A DNA stretch of 64,000 nucleotides, from assembly GCA_015492245.1 (NCBI GenBank), contig WGFM01000006.1, positions 13,418-77,417 of the forward strand, given 5' to 3'. The notes beneath the pieces are model-generated. The model saw only the letters and a list, made by a program, of their open reading frames with translations, ran no database searches and was not told the DNA's origin. The translations under genes and the position numbers were made by a program. This DNA is from Deltaproteobacteria bacterium. Lineage in GTDB: Bacteria > Desulfobacterota > GWC2-55-46 > DRQE01. This document shows, piece after piece, positions 41,235 through 49,883 of the stretch (its first letter is position 1; each line of letters begins with the position of its first letter).

Positions 41235-41993
41235 ATGACCACCATCAGTATAACGGAGACCGTAGAGGTAATATCCAACATAGCCATATCCCCGGGTTAC
41301 CACAGGATAACCCTGGGCTGGACCCCCCTTGAGGTAAGGCCTGGCCAGTTCGTGATGCTCAAGACAAGCCCCACCATGGACCCACTTCTCAGAAGACCCT
41401 TTGCCATATACAACATCCATGACGATGGGACGGAGATACTCTACAGGGTGGTTGGTAGAGGCACCGCCCTTCTGTCCAGACTCAAAAGAGGAGACAGGCT
41501 TGATGTGCTCGGCCCCCTTGGCAAGGGGTTCGAGCTACCAGAGGACAGGGAGACCATCATGGTTGCAGGTGGTATGGGCATCGTGCCATTCTACATGGTG
41601 GCAAAGGAACTCCTTAAGATGGGCAAGACCACGCAGCTCATCTACGGTGTACGAAGGGAAGAAGAGTTGATACTTGCAGATGATATAATAGGGCTCGGCA
41701 CAGAGGCACACCTTGTGGTAGAGGAAAGGGACAACATGCTGCCCACAGACATACTGGAAGAGATGACCATAGGCGACAGAAGAGTGCTTGCATGTGGGCC
41801 AGGGGGGATGCTCAAGAAGGTGGCCTCCCTGTGTGAGGCCAGGGGTGCAGAGTGTATGGTATCTGTCGAGACCAGCATGGCCTGTGGCATGGGTGTGTGC
41901 ATGGGATGTGCAGTGAAGACCACAGATGGATACAGGATGGTATGTGCCGATGGGCCTGTCTTCGATGCGAAGGAGCTTGGATGGAAGGGCTGA
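41235..41993 (+). CDS. pyrK: Dihydroorotate dehydrogenase electron transfer subunit
   Basis: FAD/NAD-binding FNR-like fold and a C-terminal 2Fe-2S Cys cluster (CGMGVCMGCAVK). Confidence 0.9.
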   Translation: MTTISITETVEVISNIAISPGYHRITLGWTPLEVRPGQFVMLKTSPTMDPLLRRPFAIYNIHDDGTEILYRVVGRGTALLSRLKRGDRLDVLGPLGKGFELPEDRETIMVAGGMGIVPFYMVAKELLKMGKTTQLIYGVRREEELILADDIIGLGTEAHLVVEERDNMLPTDILEEMTIGDRRVLACGPGGMLKKVASLCEARGAECMVSVETSMACGMGVCMGCAVKTTDGYRMVCADGPVFDAKELGWKG

Positions 41994-42910
41994 ACACCAC
42001 GGTCCAGATAGCAGGGGGGTTCGTGCTCAAGAACCCGGTGATGGTCGCCTCGGGCACCTTTGGTTACGGGCTTGAGTTCGCAGGGCTCATGGACATCTCC
42101 CTGCTCGGGGCTGTCGTTGTAAAGGGGCTCAGCCTCAGGCCCAGGGAGGGAAACCCTCCACCCCGTATCATCGAGACCCCCGCAGGTCTCATAAACGCCA
42201 TAGGGTTACAGAACATAGGGGTGGAACGCTTCCTGAAGGACAAACTCCCAGAGATTAAAAGGCTCGGTGCCACCGTTGTGGCGAACATCTTTGGCGAGTC
42301 CATAGATGAATACAGTGAGGTTGCCCGCCTGCTCAGCGGGGCAGAGGGCGTAAGTGCCATAGAGATAAACATATCCTGCCCGAATGTGAAAAAGGGGGGG
42401 CTCAGGTTCGGTCAGGACCCTGCCTCTGCCAGAGAGGTGGTGGAGGCCGTAAGAAAATCCACAGAGCTACCGATTATAACCAAGCTCTCTCCGGATGCAC
42501 CTGATCTCAAGGCGATGGTAGAGGCGGTGGAGTCTGCAGGCACGGATGCCATATCCCTCATAAACACCATACCTGCCATGGCCATAGATGTGGAAAGAAG
42601 GCGCCCCGTCTTATCGACCATGACAGGGGGACTATCAGGGCCTGCCATAAAGCCCATAGCCTTGAGGCTTGTGTGGCAGGTTGCAGGATTCGCGAAGGTG
42701 CCTGTAATAGGCATGGGCGGGATAATGACAGGCCGTGATGCCCTTGAGTTCATAATTGCAGGGGCCTGCGCCATTCAGGTGGGAACCCTCAACCTCGTAG
42801 AGCCAGATGGTGCACTCAGGGTGATAAGGGAGATGGAGGCCTACATGCACAAGAAGGGCATCAGAAGTATCGGAGAGCTTACTGGCTCGCTTGTCCTGCC
42901 AGAGAGATGA
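41981..42910 (+). CDS. pyrD: Dihydroorotate dehydrogenase catalytic subunit (class 1B)
   Basis: LKNPVMVASGTFGYG start and FMN-binding motifs. It overlaps the pyrK stop. Confidence 0.9.
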   Translation: MEGLNTTVQIAGGFVLKNPVMVASGTFGYGLEFAGLMDISLLGAVVVKGLSLRPREGNPPPRIIETPAGLINAIGLQNIGVERFLKDKLPEIKRLGATVVANIFGESIDEYSEVARLLSGAEGVSAIEINISCPNVKKGGLRFGQDPASAREVVEAVRKSTELPIITKLSPDAPDLKAMVEAVESAGTDAISLINTIPAMAIDVERRRPVLSTMTGGLSGPAIKPIALRLVWQVAGFAKVPVIGMGGIMTGRDALEFIIAGACAIQVGTLNLVEPDGALRVIREMEAYMHKKGIRSIGELTGSLVLPER

Positions 42911-43952
42911 CGCTTATCTTTCCGGCCACCTTCTTTGCAATCTCCATGAACGCCTTTGCCTGTGGAGAGTCTGGAAGGCCCTCCACAACCGGAATCCCCT
43001 TATCGCCACCTTCTCTTATGGATGGGTCTATCGGTATTGTGCCCAGAAGTTCCACGCCGTATCTTTCGGCCGTCTTTTCTCCTCCGCCGTGGCTGAATAT
43101 CTCTGTCTTCTCGCCACAGTGGAGACATACGAAACAGCTCATGTTTTCCACTATACCCAGTATGGGCACATTCACCTCTTTGAACATCCTTATGGCACGC
43201 CTTGCATCTATGAGGGCCACATCCTGCGGGGTGGTTACAACGACTGAACCTGTAAGTGGTATCGTCTGCACAAGGGTCAGCTGTGCATCACCTGTGCCTG
43301 GTGGAAGGTCTATAACGAGGTAGTCCAGCTCTCCCCATGCCACACCCTTGAGGAACTGCTGGACCAGCTGCATCACAAGGGGGCCTCTCCATATAAGTGG
43401 TGTCTCTTCATCGAGCATGAACCCCACGCTCATGAGCTTTACCTCATGGCTCTCCACGGGGATGAGCTTTTTATCCTCTGTGGTGTGCACCTCCTTGTGG
43501 ACACCCATCATCATGGGCACACTTGGCCCGTAGAGGTCTGTATCGAGAAGACCCACCTTCGCCCCTGTCTTTGCAAGAGACAGTGCGAGGTTTACCGAAA
43601 CGGTGGATTTTCCAACCCCACCCTTTCCACTTGCCACTGCTATGGTATTCTTTACCCCTTCTATGGGCTCTTTCTGTGGCACCCTCTTCGCCTTCGGCAC
43701 CTCTGAGGACACATCCACCGTAACCTCCTCCACCCCTGGCAGGGCCTCAACGGCCTTTCTTGCGCCCTCTTCGAGCTCCTTTTTGAGCGGACATGCAGGG
43801 GTTGTGAGCACAAGGCTGAACCTTACTTTACCGCCATCTATCCTTATGTTTCTTATCATGTTAAGCGTTACAAGATCCTTGCCCAGCTCAGGGTCCATAA
43901 CCTTCTTGAGTGCATCGAGCACCTGGGACTGTGTAACAGCAGGTCTTTCCAT
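42879..43952 (-). CDS. apbC: Mrp/NBP35 (ApbC) family Fe-S cluster carrier ATPase with N-terminal DUF59/MIP18 domain
   Basis: VASGKGGVGKST Walker A and the CxxC motif (CFVCLHC). It overlaps the convergent pyrD 3' end by about 30 nt. Confidence 0.9.
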   Translation of the reverse strand: MERPAVTQSQVLDALKKVMDPELGKDLVTLNMIRNIRIDGGKVRFSLVLTTPACPLKKELEEGARKAVEALPGVEEVTVDVSSEVPKAKRVPQKEPIEGVKNTIAVASGKGGVGKSTVSVNLALSLAKTGAKVGLLDTDLYGPSVPMMMGVHKEVHTTEDKKLIPVESHEVKLMSVGFMLDEETPLIWRGPLVMQLVQQFLKGVAWGELDYLVIDLPPGTGDAQLTLVQTIPLTGSVVVTTPQDVALIDARRAIRMFKEVNVPILGIVENMSCFVCLHCGEKTEIFSHGGGEKTAERYGVELLGTIPIDPSIREGGDKGIPVVEGLPDSPQAKAFMEIAKKVAGKISVISLAGQASQ

Positions 43953-43956
43953 CTTT

Positions 43957-44634
43957 CTATTCTCCTTTGGTCTTTAGCCATCTATCCTCGCAAAGTGTGT
44001 CTCCCTTTACAAGGCTCTTTGTCTTCACATGTTTTATGCCATCTATTGCATCACAGAAGCCATCCACCCATCTTGATAGATACTCGCACATGAGTCTTTC
44101 GTCAACATGTACATTCTGCCAGTATCTTCGATGCAGGCACCTTCTGTGTCTTTCTATGAATTCTCTGTTTGGCCTCTGCTCGATCTCTATTACATCATCA
44201 GAGGGCATACCATCGAGGAAGAAGTTTCTCAATATGGTATAGACCCTCTCTGGCAGGGGGTTACTAATCTCGTATTCTTCAGTTGCTTTTCTTCCTTTTG
44301 TTCTGCCGTGCCGGTATGCCACCTTCAGAACAAACTTTTCTGCCCTGTTGCCGAATTCTTCTATAAGGGCCTTTATTATGGCCGCCTCCCTGGTCTCCAC
44401 CCGTTCCACCGAATCTACAAGGAACTCCTGTACAGGCATGTTTGCCACCAGTCTTTCCAGAGGTTCATCAAGGTATCTGCCGTATTTTCTGGCCATCTCA
44501 GCCACCACACCGGTAGCCCTGTTGCCAAACCTCTCTGTGAATTCTCTGCGCAAGAACCTTTCCCTCTCTTCCACTATGAGTATCTTTCCAAACAGCCACT
44601 GATGAACAGGCCCCAGAAAAAGACTCATCGGCAA
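43957..44634 (-). CDS. Hypothetical Cys-rich protein (four C-terminal Cys, C-x16-C-x10-C-x20-C)
   Basis: 225 aa. No confident family assignment. It ends 4 nt before apbC. Confidence 0.35.
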   Translation of the reverse strand: MPMSLFLGPVHQWLFGKILIVEERERFLRREFTERFGNRATGVVAEMARKYGRYLDEPLERLVANMPVQEFLVDSVERVETREAAIIKALIEEFGNRAEKFVLKVAYRHGRTKGRKATEEYEISNPLPERVYTILRNFFLDGMPSDDVIEIEQRPNREFIERHRRCLHRRYWQNVHVDERLMCEYLSRWVDGFCDAIDGIKHVKTKSLVKGDTLCEDRWLKTKGE

Positions 44635-44702
44635 TGCTCCTTACTGTGGTATTGCCAGGGCTTCGTGTCTGTATTTGGTAGGGTAAGGTAGACGGTTCCC
44701 TC

Positions 44703-44909
44703 TCAAGATATCTCTTCTGATGCAACCCTGTTGAGTTCTTCTAAGAGTTCCTCGAGGGGGGCCCCGTCTCTACGGGCTGCCTCTTCGAGGGTTGCCATGC
44801 CTCCACAGCACGAATCTATGTTGAACCTGGTAAACACCCCTATGGTTTTAGGATGGTCCCTTATCACATCGTTGACTATCCTGTCTTTGGTTATCTTTGC
44901 AACCTTCAT
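44703..44909 (-). CDS. DUF1858 (hybrid-cluster-protein-associated redox disulfide domain) protein
   Basis: 68 aa. IGVFTRFNIDSCCGGMATLEEAA matches the DUF1858 pattern. Confidence 0.55.
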   Translation of the reverse strand: MKVAKITKDRIVNDVIRDHPKTIGVFTRFNIDSCCGGMATLEEAARRDGAPLEELLEELNRVASEEIS

Positions 44910-45124
44910 TGTGCCTCTTCACTCTCCTCTGCCACTTCGTTCAGTTCTTTGAGTATCTCCTCCACATCCACCCCGTGCATCGTTGCACCAAAGGCTATGT
45001 CTTCTGTTTTTGCTCCCGGGCATGTAAAACATCCTGCCCCGAAGTACTTCATAAATACCTTCTCTGTTGCAGGATATTTTTCGAGCACCTCACCTATGCT
45101 CATCTCTTTTGTTATCTTCGACAT
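44906..45124 (-). CDS. DUF1858 family protein with CxxC (CFTCPG)
   Basis: 72 aa. IGEVLEKYPATEKVFMKYFGAGCFTCPG..MHGVDVEEILKELN is typical of DUF1858. It overlaps its paralog by 4 nt. Confidence 0.55.
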   Translation of the reverse strand: MSKITKEMSIGEVLEKYPATEKVFMKYFGAGCFTCPGAKTEDIAFGATMHGVDVEEILKELNEVAEESEEAQ

Positions 45125-45147
45125 ATCTTTAAACCTCCTTTAAATTT

Positions 45148-45561
45148 TTATTGCGGTTTTCTGAAGGCCGGTGCTGGTTTTATGGTCATGAACATGTTCA
45201 ACACAAACAACACGACAGACACCCCCTCGATGAGTGCGAACACATGAAGCACCGTTATTCCTCCATTACCTGTTCCCATTATAATCCAGCCCAGCGCCAT
45301 GCCTACAAGGCCTATGTTCGCCGTCCATAGCTGAACCATTGCGAGCCTGTCGCTCCACAGCGGTGTTCCGCTGAACCTTGGCAGTATATGGTAGCCCACA
45401 CCATATATCATCATGCTCATCCATCCAAGCAGATTGAAGTGTGTATGTATGGGCCTCATGGGATACACCGGGCCAGAGATGGTCATGTATATACCCATCA
45501 ACATGGCTATCACAAAGTATACCATTGCACATTTTATGAACCATACCGTAACCTTGCTCAT
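45148..45561 (-). CDS. Four-TM membrane protein with conserved His motifs (H-T-H, G-Y-H)
   Basis: 137 aa. HTHFNLLGWMSMMIYGVGYHILPRFSG. Confidence 0.4.
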   Translation of the reverse strand: MSKVTVWFIKCAMVYFVIAMLMGIYMTISGPVYPMRPIHTHFNLLGWMSMMIYGVGYHILPRFSGTPLWSDRLAMVQLWTANIGLVGMALGWIIMGTGNGGITVLHVFALIEGVSVVLFVLNMFMTIKPAPAFRKPQ

Positions 45562-45582
45562 GGTAATTCTCCACCTTCTATG

Positions 45583-45774
45583 TTATTTTGCTCCTTCTGC
45601 CTTTTCGGGCATGGGCATACAGGCTTCCACCGGACATACCTCTGCACAGGCACCACACTCGGTACATAGAGAAGGGTCTATCCTGTATGGACTACCCTCT
45701 GTTATGGCACCTTCGGGACACTCGTTCATACAGGCACCACACTCGATGCAGTTATCCAGAATATAGTAAGCCAT
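45583..45774 (-). CDS. 2[4Fe-4S] ferredoxin
   Basis: Two CxxCxxCxxxCP motifs (CIECGACMNECP, CTECGACAEVCP). A strong AAGGAGGG RBS. Confidence 0.85.
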   Translation of the reverse strand: MAYYILDNCIECGACMNECPEGAITEGSPYRIDPSLCTECGACAEVCPVEACMPMPEKAEGAK

Positions 45775-45831
45775 CTACCCTCCTTGCAAGGGAATTCTTA
45801 ATATATACTCCTTATATCCATACTCAACGAG

Positions 45832-46059
45832 TTATACAGAGAGGACCTCTTTTATCTCAGGCACCCTCTCCTTTATCGCCCTTTCAACGCCCATAACCAG
45901 TGTTATCTGGGCACTGGGACAACCTGCACAGGCCCCCTGAAGCTGAACCTTTACGATACCATTCTCCTCGTCCACATCCACAAGGCTCACATCGCCTCCA
46001 TCCGCCTGGAGCGCAGGACGAATACTGTTAAGTGCCTCTTCTACCCTCTCTCTCAACAT
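45832..46059 (-). CDS. NifU-like (Nfu-type) Fe-S cluster scaffold domain protein
   Basis: 75 aa. GGDVSLVDV..GACAGCPSA motif of NifU C-terminal domains. Confidence 0.8.
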   Translation of the reverse strand: MLRERVEEALNSIRPALQADGGDVSLVDVDEENGIVKVQLQGACAGCPSAQITLVMGVERAIKERVPEIKEVLSV

Positions 46060-46288
46060 ATTGTATGTACCTCCTTGTTTATTACAAAAGTGTTCGATTA
46101 TTATAACAAATTATATCTCCCTTTCAACCACTAAAAAATGATACATGTCAAAATTCGAAAGATTTTCCGTCCCAACCCTGTGGCAGACAGTCTTCCCTTG
46201 CATATGTACTTCATTATTTTTTGTGGTAAATACAGGGTATTATGTGCTATCATCTGGAATTATTCCTTTGTAAAAGGAGGAATTTTCC

Positions 46289-47647
46289 GTGGCAACTCTC
46301 GATTCTTCAAAGAGGCTTGCCTATGGCTGGCTCGCCTATGCGGTGGGTTCATTGATATTTGCGGGCATATTCGCCCTTATGGTTGCACTGGCAAGGACAC
46401 CCTACATAAAGGACATGCTGCCGGGGGGGGATTACTTCTACATAGCCCTTGTGGGGCATGTCATACTTGCGGTGGTCATATGGTTTCTTGCCTTCGAGGG
46501 GTTTTTGTGGCTACTTACCTCTGCCATGGATACATCCACCCCTGTGATAAGCCCTCTTGTTGGCTGGTTCTCGCTTGTGCTTTCGGCAGGGGGGACAACC
46601 CTCATAGTAATATGCGCACTTTTGGGGCTTGGCTATCCAGAGCTTGCAAACTATGTGCCTGTCATAATCCATCCACTGTTTTTCACAGGGCTTTCTCTGT
46701 TTACAGCAGGCATTATACTTATCCTTTTGAATACCTTTCTCACCCTTGGGAGCGCACTCGGAAGGGGTGCATCATTTCCCATCGTAACCCGTGGTATGGC
46801 CGTGGCAGCGGTTACCGTTACAGTCGCCCTCGTCTGTTTTTTCCTTGCAGGTTACCTGCAGTATACTCGCAAGGGGTTCTTCGACTTCGAAAGGTTCTTC
46901 TGGGGTGGTGGGCACATACTGCAGTTTGCAAATACCATGGCGATGGTCGTCAGCTGGCTCTATCTGGTAAAGATAGTCTTTAGAAAAGATGCCATAGGAT
47001 TGAGGCTGGGCACCGGGGCCTTTCTGTTCTATCTTGTCTTTGTGCTACCCGCACCGGTTATATACTTCCTGTACGATACAGCCTCATACGAATACAAGAC
47101 CGCCTTCACCATGCTCATGCAATGGGGCATAGGGCCTCCAACGGCATTCTTCCTAATAGCCATACTGTATCTTCTCTACCGATACAGGAACAAGGGGCTG
47201 CCCTGGGCAAGGCCGGGGTTTTCTTCCCTTGTGCTCTCGGTCGCCATATTCCTTCTTGGCGGGCTTATAGCACTGGATATAAGCGGGGTGAACACCAAGA
47301 TTCCAGCGCACTACCACTGTGCAATAGGGGCTGTAACAATAGCATTCATGGGGCTTTTCTACGAGGTGGTTCCCTTCTTCGGGCTTCGTATATACAGTGA
47401 GAAGATGGCCCGCATCCAGCCCTACCTCTACGGGCTGGGTATACTGCTATTTGCCATGGGACTCTACATAGCAGGCTGGTATGGTGCCATGCGAAAGGTC
47501 TATGGACAGGACCAGGCCTTCGAAAGCGTGGGAGAACTCGTGGGAATGGGTATAATGGGGGTGGGCGGGCTCGTTGCCATAGCAGGTGGAATATACTTCG
47601 TCCTGAATGCACTGCTCACATTCCTTGGGGGCAGAAGGAATACTTGA
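46289..47647 (+). CDS. 12-TM membrane protein with heme-copper-oxidase subunit I-like His motifs (incomplete ligand set)
   Basis: GTG start with AAGGAGG 8 nt upstream. Motifs VGHVIL (helix II-like His), FWGGGHIL (W..GH as in HCO helix VI) and HYHCAIGAVTIAFMGLFY (compare COX1 helix X H-x-H..GAV..MGGF). No adjacent H-H pair is present. Confidence 0.45.
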   Translation: MATLDSSKRLAYGWLAYAVGSLIFAGIFALMVALARTPYIKDMLPGGDYFYIALVGHVILAVVIWFLAFEGFLWLLTSAMDTSTPVISPLVGWFSLVLSAGGTTLIVICALLGLGYPELANYVPVIIHPLFFTGLSLFTAGIILILLNTFLTLGSALGRGASFPIVTRGMAVAAVTVTVALVCFFLAGYLQYTRKGFFDFERFFWGGGHILQFANTMAMVVSWLYLVKIVFRKDAIGLRLGTGAFLFYLVFVLPAPVIYFLYDTASYEYKTAFTMLMQWGIGPPTAFFLIAILYLLYRYRNKGLPWARPGFSSLVLSVAIFLLGGLIALDISGVNTKIPAHYHCAIGAVTIAFMGLFYEVVPFFGLRIYSEKMARIQPYLYGLGILLFAMGLYIAGWYGAMRKVYGQDQAFESVGELVGMGIMGVGGLVAIAGGIYFVLNALLTFLGGRRNT

Positions 47648-47659
47648 CAATTTTAATAG

Positions 47660-47679
47660 GGTATATTAAATTATATACC
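47660..47679. promoter_or_regulatory. Palindromic operator candidate GGTATAT-TAAATT-ATATACC upstream of the rrf2/iscR-like gene
   Basis: A perfect 7-bp inverted repeat with a 6-bp AT spacer, about 45 nt upstream of the Rrf2 ATG. A TTGACA lies at 47644..47649. Confidence 0.4.
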
Positions 47680-47725
47680 ATATCTTCCTGCTGTGGTGGC
47701 TCAGAAAAGGGGAAAGAACCATACC

Positions 47726-48214
47726 ATGAGGCTTACAACAAGAGGTCAATATGCCGTAAGGGCCATGGTGAACCTTGCCGCTCATCCGGATGGCAAGCCT
47801 GTGGCATTGAGGGATATATCGACTGAAGAGGGCATATCCCTCGCCTACCTGGAGCAACTGTTTGTCAAGCTCAGAAGGGGCAAGATGGTAAGAAGCGTGC
47901 GTGGGCCAGGCGGTGGATATGTGCTTGCAAAGAACCCCGCATCGATCAGTGTGGGAGAGGTAATATCTGTTGTGGAAGAACCGCTAAACCCGGTTGCCTG
48001 TCTCGATGAGGACTCCAAGGGCTGCGAGAGGGCAGAAAACTGCATAACACAGAAGGTATGGAAGGGCCTTGGTGAGAGGATAAAAGAGTTTCTCGGCTCG
48101 ATAACACTGAAGGACCTTGTGGAGGAACTCCACTCCATAAAAGACAGAGAGGATTCCCACAGGTGCGATATGAATAAACCCAGAGGAGGTAGTCTTGAAA
48201 AGAGTATACTTTGA
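47726..48214 (+). CDS. iscR: Rrf2 family transcriptional regulator (IscR-like)
   Basis: MRLTTRGQYAVRAM winged-helix N-terminus, a Cys ligand (CLDEDSKGC) and a position directly before iscS. Confidence 0.8.
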   Translation: MRLTTRGQYAVRAMVNLAAHPDGKPVALRDISTEEGISLAYLEQLFVKLRRGKMVRSVRGPGGGYVLAKNPASISVGEVISVVEEPLNPVACLDEDSKGCERAENCITQKVWKGLGERIKEFLGSITLKDLVEELHSIKDREDSHRCDMNKPRGGSLEKSIL

Positions 48215-49394
48215 TCATAATGCAACCACACCGGTGCACCCTGAGGTGCTCGATGCACTCCTGCCGTATCTGAAGGATGCCTGGGGCAACCCATCGAGTA
48301 TACACTGGGCTGGCAGAGACCCGAGGAAGGCCATCGATGGGGCAAGAGAACAGGTTGCACAGTTTCTGGGCTGCTCGCCTGTAGAGATAGTGTTCACAAG
48401 CTCTGGCTCAGAGAGTGATAACTTCGCCATAAAGGGTACAGCACTTGCAAAAAGGTCCAGGGGCAACCACATCATAACCACCCAGGTGGAGCACCCTGCT
48501 GTGCTGAATACCTGCAGGTATCTCGAAAAAGAGGGGTTCAGGGTTACATACCTTGGTGTGGACCAGTCCGGTACGATAGACCTTGAAGAGCTCGAAGAGG
48601 CCATAACAGACGAGACAATCCTCATGACCATGATGTATGCCAACAACGAGACAGGTGTCATCTTCCCTGTAGAAGAGATAGGCAGGATTGCCAGACAGAG
48701 GGGCATAACATTCCACACAGATGCGGTGCAGGCCGCAGGAAAACTGCCCCTCGATGTTACAAAACTCAACTGCGACCTTCTGAGTATTTCAGGGCACAAG
48801 ATATATGCACCAAAGGGTGTGGGTGCATTGTATATAAGAAGGGGGGTGAGGGTTGTTCCCCTCATCCATGGTGGACACCACGAGCGAAACCGCCGCGCAG
48901 GCACAGAGAATGTGGCAGGTATCGTGGGGCTTGGCAAGGCATGCGAGATAGCCATGCGTGATATGGACACAGAGGTGGCTCACATCAGAAGCCTGCGGGA
49001 TAGACTCGAGAAAGGACTCATGGAAAAGATACCACATGTGAGGCTCAACGGACATCCTGAAAAAAGGATACCCAACACCACAAACCTGGGGTTCGATTTT
49101 GTGGAAGGAGAATCGCTTCTTTTGAACCTGGACATGCTGGGTATAGCTGCCTCAAGTGGTTCTGCCTGCACATCCGGTAGCCTCGAGCCCTCCCATGTGC
49201 TCGTTGCCATGGGCATACCCCCAGAGCTATCACATGGCTCGGTAAGGTTCAGCCTCGGTAGATTCAATACCGAAGAGGATGTGGACTATCTTCTAGAAAA
49301 CATGCCACCCATAGTGGAGAGGATGCGCAGCATGTCGCCACTGTGGAACGAGGCAGAGAAAAAGGGTATGTTCATGGCCCTGGAAGAGAAATAA
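48195..49394 (+). CDS. iscS: Cysteine desulfurase (IscS/NifS family)
   Basis: PLP-binding SGHKIYAPKG and active-site SSGSACTSG. Confidence 0.9.
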   Translation: MKRVYFDHNATTPVHPEVLDALLPYLKDAWGNPSSIHWAGRDPRKAIDGAREQVAQFLGCSPVEIVFTSSGSESDNFAIKGTALAKRSRGNHIITTQVEHPAVLNTCRYLEKEGFRVTYLGVDQSGTIDLEELEEAITDETILMTMMYANNETGVIFPVEEIGRIARQRGITFHTDAVQAAGKLPLDVTKLNCDLLSISGHKIYAPKGVGALYIRRGVRVVPLIHGGHHERNRRAGTENVAGIVGLGKACEIAMRDMDTEVAHIRSLRDRLEKGLMEKIPHVRLNGHPEKRIPNTTNLGFDFVEGESLLLNLDMLGIAASSGSACTSGSLEPSHVLVAMGIPPELSHGSVRFSLGRFNTEEDVDYLLENMPPIVERMRSMSPLWNEAEKKGMFMALEEK

Positions 49395-49421
49395 GTAAAA
49401 CAGGAGAGGAGAACAGACACC

Positions 49422-49802
49422 ATGTACAGTGAGAAGGTTATGGATCACTTTACAAACCCTCGGAATGTGGGTGAAATAGAAGATGCCAATGGCGTGGGCA
49501 TGGTGGGCAACCCTGCATGCGGGGATATAATGAAGCTCACCATAAAAGTGGTGGAAGGAGTCATAAGGGACATAAAGTTCAAGACCTTCGGCTGTGGAGC
49601 AGCCATTGCAACGAGTTCCATGGTTACAGAGCTGGTGAAGGGCAAACCACTCGATGAGGCAGAAAAGATAACCAACAAGACCGTTGCAGAGGCCCTCGAT
49701 GGACTGCCTCCTGTAAAGATGCATTGCTCCAACCTTGCAGCAGACGCCCTCCATGCAGCCATAGAGGACTACAAAAAACGCCTTAAAGAGAAACAACAGT
49801 AA
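49422..49802 (+). CDS. iscU: Fe-S cluster assembly scaffold (IscU/NifU N-terminal type)
   Basis: Conserved Cys ligands in GNPACGD, FKTFGCGAAIA and a later HC. Confidence 0.9.
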   Translation: MYSEKVMDHFTNPRNVGEIEDANGVGMVGNPACGDIMKLTIKVVEGVIRDIKFKTFGCGAAIATSSMVTELVKGKPLDEAEKITNKTVAEALDGLPPVKMHCSNLAADALHAAIEDYKKRLKEKQQ

Positions 49803-49844
49803 GACCGAAACATAAAAAAACCTGATACAAACAAAAGACCTTAT

Positions 49845-49872
49845 GCGGGCTCCGTGCCCGCACATCTTTTTT
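49845..49872 (+). terminator. Rho-independent terminator after iscU
   Basis: GCGGGC-tccgt-GCCCGC hairpin followed by ACATCTTTTTTG. Confidence 0.7.
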
Positions 49873-49883
49873 GTTTGAAAGCC

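Noticed and set aside
46138-46983. 281-aa plus-strand ORF rich in Cys, His and Gly overlapping the start of the 12-TM gene
   Set aside because: It is out of frame with the well-supported membrane protein gene (GTG plus AAGGAGG RBS), its composition is odd, and it begins inside the divergent promoter region. It looks like an overlapping-frame artefact.
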